From: Spirochaetia bacterium
Lineage (GTDB): Bacteria > Spirochaetota > Spirochaetia > DSM-2461
Reading direction: 5' to 3'
NCBI GenBank assembly: GCA_963668315.1
Contig: OY764216.1
Location: 4,960,001 to 5,024,000 of the forward strand
Length of the DNA stretch: 64,000 bases
Shown here one piece after another: positions 61,562-64,000 of the stretch (within the stretch, counting starts at the first letter, position 1; each line of letters opens with the position of its first letter). The notes under the pieces are model-generated. The model was not told the origin of the DNA, did no database searches, and saw nothing but the letters and a program-made list of their open reading frames with translations. The position numbers and the translations under genes are program-made.

Positions 61562-61655
61562 GCGTCTATATGCTCCGCTTCGCTCCGGGCTTCGCCAAAT
61601 TTAAATCAAAAAGAATTACAGCGAAAATAACAAATAGTACGCTATAATAGATTCT

Positions 61656-61755
61656 ATACAACAATAAAATGCTACGGTCATGGCTATCGTCACGGTTTCT
61701 GCTTGCGCACAAACCGCGCCAACTTCACGCCATGCCGCAGATTTTGGCGTTGTAT
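61656..61755 (+). repeat. Nested canonical-geometry attC (100 bp)
   Basis: ATACAAC-AATAA-AAT[G]CTAC-GG[T]CATGGC...GCCATGCC-GCAGATT-TTGGC-GTTGTAT. Confidence 0.7.
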
Positions 61756-61853
61756 AGAAATCGGATATGCAAGCACGTGTTTTTGATTTAAACTTCATAT
61801 AAACGCGAAACGTTAGGTGTAATGTTCTTTTTATACAGCGTAAAGGATAAGAA

Positions 61854-62303
61854 ATGAAAACAAAATTTTCACATGTAAATATTATTAGTAGTGATTGGAA
61901 AAAATTAGCAGATTTTTATATTAGAGTTTTTGATTGTAAACCAAAACTTCCGGAGAGAAATCTTTCAGGTGATTGGGTTGATAAATTAACTGATTTATCA
62001 AATGCTAGAATAAAAGGGATGCACTTAATCCTCCCGGGTTATGACACCGATGGTCCCACTTTAGAGATCTTTGAATACAATGCAAATATAAGTAATAATG
62101 GTAAAAATATAAATCTGGAAGGGTTTGGTCATATTGCTTTTGCGGTAGAGGATGTTGAGGAAAAGTTAAATCTTTTATTGGATAACGGTGGATCTTCAGT
62201 CGGTCAATTGATTGACGCTGAAATAGATGGAGTCGGCAAAATCTCAGTTGTTTATGCAAAAGATCCAGAAGGCAATATTTTAGAAATTCAAAAGTGGGAA
62301 TAA
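61854..62303 (+). CDS. Cassette: VOC/glyoxalase family protein
   Basis: HVNI, LEIFEY, GHIAFAVEDV, DPEGNILEI. Confidence 0.92.
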   Translation: MKTKFSHVNIISSDWKKLADFYIRVFDCKPKLPERNLSGDWVDKLTDLSNARIKGMHLILPGYDTDGPTLEIFEYNANISNNGKNINLEGFGHIAFAVEDVEEKLNLLLDNGGSSVGQLIDAEIDGVGKISVVYAKDPEGNILEIQKWE

Positions 62304-62315
62304 AAAGAACACTAC

Positions 62316-62459
62316 ACCTAACAGCAAATGATGCGGTTCCGCTCCGCTTCACCCAAATTGCCTTTGACAAATACCCGTTCAATTATGATATAATTGAACA
62401 GCCATTTATCAACCCCTATTGGGGTACAGGCAACTTCGCATATTTGCGGAACGTTACCC
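62316..62459 (+). repeat. attC-like site (144 bp)
   Basis: ACCTAAC-A-GCAAAT[G]ATGCG...CGCATATTTGC-GGAAC-GTTACCC. Confidence 0.88.
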
Positions 62460-62523
62460 ATTATTATTTGGCTTATAATATTTTTTTTCATCATTCGCCA
62501 TCCTTGGCTCATTAGGGGAAATT

Positions 62524-62994
62524 TTGGATTTATCTGAATATAGTGTTAAAGAATTACTGATACTAATCTCTGATATCATGAAAGAGCTGATCTCAAGAAG
62601 AATTATTAGAACATTTAATAATCCTGTTGGTGATTATACGGAGTGGCTTGTTTCATCACGGTTAAATTATACGCTTGAAAATAATTCAAAAGCTGGTTTC
62701 GATGCAACTTCCAGTACCGGACAAAGGGTTCAGATAAAGGGAAGAAGAGTCACTCCATGGAATAAATCTCACCAGTTAAGTGCAATCAGAAATCTTGATT
62801 CAAAGGATTTTGATACACTAGCAGCTGTTATTTTTGATGAAGATTACAACGTAATTGAAGCGAAAATGATTCCTCAGGAAATCATTCATGAGTATGCAAA
62901 TTACCGAGAGCATGTTAATGCACATATTTTAATCTTACAAGGTGATATTCTCAACGACAATCGAGTAAAAGATATCAAAAAGGATTTGATATAG
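62524..62994 (+). CDS. Cassette: DUF6998-like putative PD-(D/E)xK nuclease
   Basis: NNPVGDYTEWL..AGFDA..RVQIKGRR. Confidence 0.6.
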   Translation: MDLSEYSVKELLILISDIMKELISRRIIRTFNNPVGDYTEWLVSSRLNYTLENNSKAGFDATSSTGQRVQIKGRRVTPWNKSHQLSAIRNLDSKDFDTLAAVIFDEDYNVIEAKMIPQEIIHEYANYREHVNAHILILQGDILNDNRVKDIKKDLI

Positions 62995-63057
62995 ATCGTG
63001 TTTAAAAGTACATCCTTGTACTTTTAAAGAACCTATACGCTGTCGCCAAATAACAAC

Positions 63058-63201
63058 GGGTAACAGCGAATTATGCGGTTTCGCTTCGCTCCACCAAAAT
63101 TGCCTTTGACAAATACCCGTTCAATTATGATATAATTGAACAGCCATTTATCAACCCCGGTGGGGTACCAGGCAACTTCGCATATTCGCGAAACGTTATA
63201 T
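63058..63201 (+). repeat. attC-like site (144 bp)
   Basis: GGGTAAC-A-GCGAAT[T]ATGCG...CGCATATTCGC-GAAAC-GTTATAT. Confidence 0.88.
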
Positions 63202-63248
63202 TCAATAGCCAATTCATGAAAATCTTTTTTAAATTTGGAGAAAATCCT

Positions 63249-64000
63249 TTGAAAGATTATGGGGAATCAAAACAATTACAGTTTCTCAACAAAACTTACA
63301 GTTTTATAAAAGACTGTATTGGAGAATCTCCAGCAGATGTTTTTATTCTAGACAATAGAAAGACATCTGAAAAATTGTTCCTTAAAATCAGCTCTAAAGA
63401 TTTTTCCTTCACTACATATTCTGTTGAACGGGAAATGCTTGTCTTGAAATGGCTAGCAGACAAAACGGATGTACCAACTGTTGTAGACTATTTTGAAAAT
63501 GAGGATTATCAATTTCTTCTGATGAAAAGCATTATTGGATTGCCAATTCTGGACACCGCACCTTCTGGAAATACTATCGTTGATTCTTTTGTCAATGGAA
63601 TAAAGACCTTTCAATCCATCAATGTTGATGATTGCCCTTTTGATAGTTCTATGAAAAAACGATTAAAGGAACTGAAATACCTGGTTAATAAAAATTTGGC
63701 AGCATTTGATGACTTTTATGAAAGTGAGTTGCCATTTGATTCCCCTGAGGATTTAATCAGTTATTTAGAAAATAATATGCATCCAGAGGAAATTGTTTTT
63801 TCCCATGGAGATTTTCAAGAAAGTAATATTTTCATCTCTAAGAAATTAGGTTTCATAGATTGGGGGCGTGGGGGAAAGGCTGATAAATGGTGTGATATTG
63901 CTCATGCTTATCAAAACATTAAAGAGCAATTGGAAGATCAGAAATATATAAACCGATTCTTTGAAAAACTAGAATTAGAACCTGATTGGGACAAGATAAA
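63249..64000 (+). CDS. Cassette: APH(3')-family aminoglycoside phosphotransferase, 3' end outside window
   Basis: Hand translation from TTG after GGAG: KDCIGESPADVF..LFLKI..TTYSVERE..WL..DCPF..RLKELKYL..VFSHGDFQESNIF..GFIDWGRGGKADKWCDIA..PDWDKI; colinear with APH(3')-IIIa motifs. Confidence 0.88.
   Translation, partial: MKDYGESKQLQFLNKTYSFIKDCIGESPADVFILDNRKTSEKLFLKISSKDFSFTTYSVEREMLVLKWLADKTDVPTVVDYFENEDYQFLLMKSIIGLPILDTAPSGNTIVDSFVNGIKTFQSINVDDCPFDSSMKKRLKELKYLVNKNLAAFDDFYESELPFDSPEDLISYLENNMHPEEIVFSHGDFQESNIFISKKLGFIDWGRGGKADKWCDIAHAYQNIKEQLEDQKYINRFFEKLELEPDWDKI

Larger units (their letters stand above)
59984..61818 (+). repeat. Long attC-like site split by IS copy 3 (about 265 bp when rejoined)
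   Basis: CTATAACA | IS | GCGTCTATATG...CATATAAACGC-GAAAC-GTTAGGT; inner arms TTTAAATCAAAA/TTTTGATTTAAA. Confidence 0.8.
51635..64000 (+). mobile_element. Integron-like gene cassette array (continues beyond the window)
   Basis: At least 9 co-oriented AT-rich single-gene units bounded by GTT.../...AAC complementary ends and attC-like hairpins. Confidence 0.92.

Noticed and set aside
52047..63201. Repeats as a CRISPR array or simple REP/terminator elements
   Set aside because: They are 90-265 bp, separated by whole genes, with no cas genes, and their GTT/AAC ends covary with each cassette.

Overview
Bacterial chromosomal window, probably from a free-living spirochaete (Spirochaetaceae-like; inferred from gene content and signal-peptide style, not proven). 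Bases 1-50,600 are moderately GC-rich metabolic genes: a TRAP/sugar-acid dehydratase operon, glycoside hydrolases (GH2, GH3, GH28-like), esterases, MFS/ABC/AEC transporters, an isomerase + split transketolase + FGGY kinase operon, an intact IS256, a dipeptide ABC operon and two tRNAs (Arg-CCT, Asp-GTC). From about 50,730 to the end lies an AT-rich integron-like gene-cassette array. A divergently oriented 266-aa tyrosine recombinase that appears to lack the integron-specific I2 insertion precedes an attI-like site and at least 9 single-gene cassettes. Each complete cassette begins with GTT-N and ends with the reverse-complement N-AAC. Cassettes are separated by long, branched, atypical attC-like sites, most of which carry a sigma70-like promoter. 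Three apparently identical IS110/IS1111-type elements sit at the same CA dinucleotide inside attC sites, and their non-coding end contains candidate guide matches to the attC target. One site encloses a second, canonical-geometry attC. Cassette cargo includes an APH(3')-like kinase, a HEPN protein, a putative nuclease, a VOC protein, a hydrolase and an NTase-fold protein.
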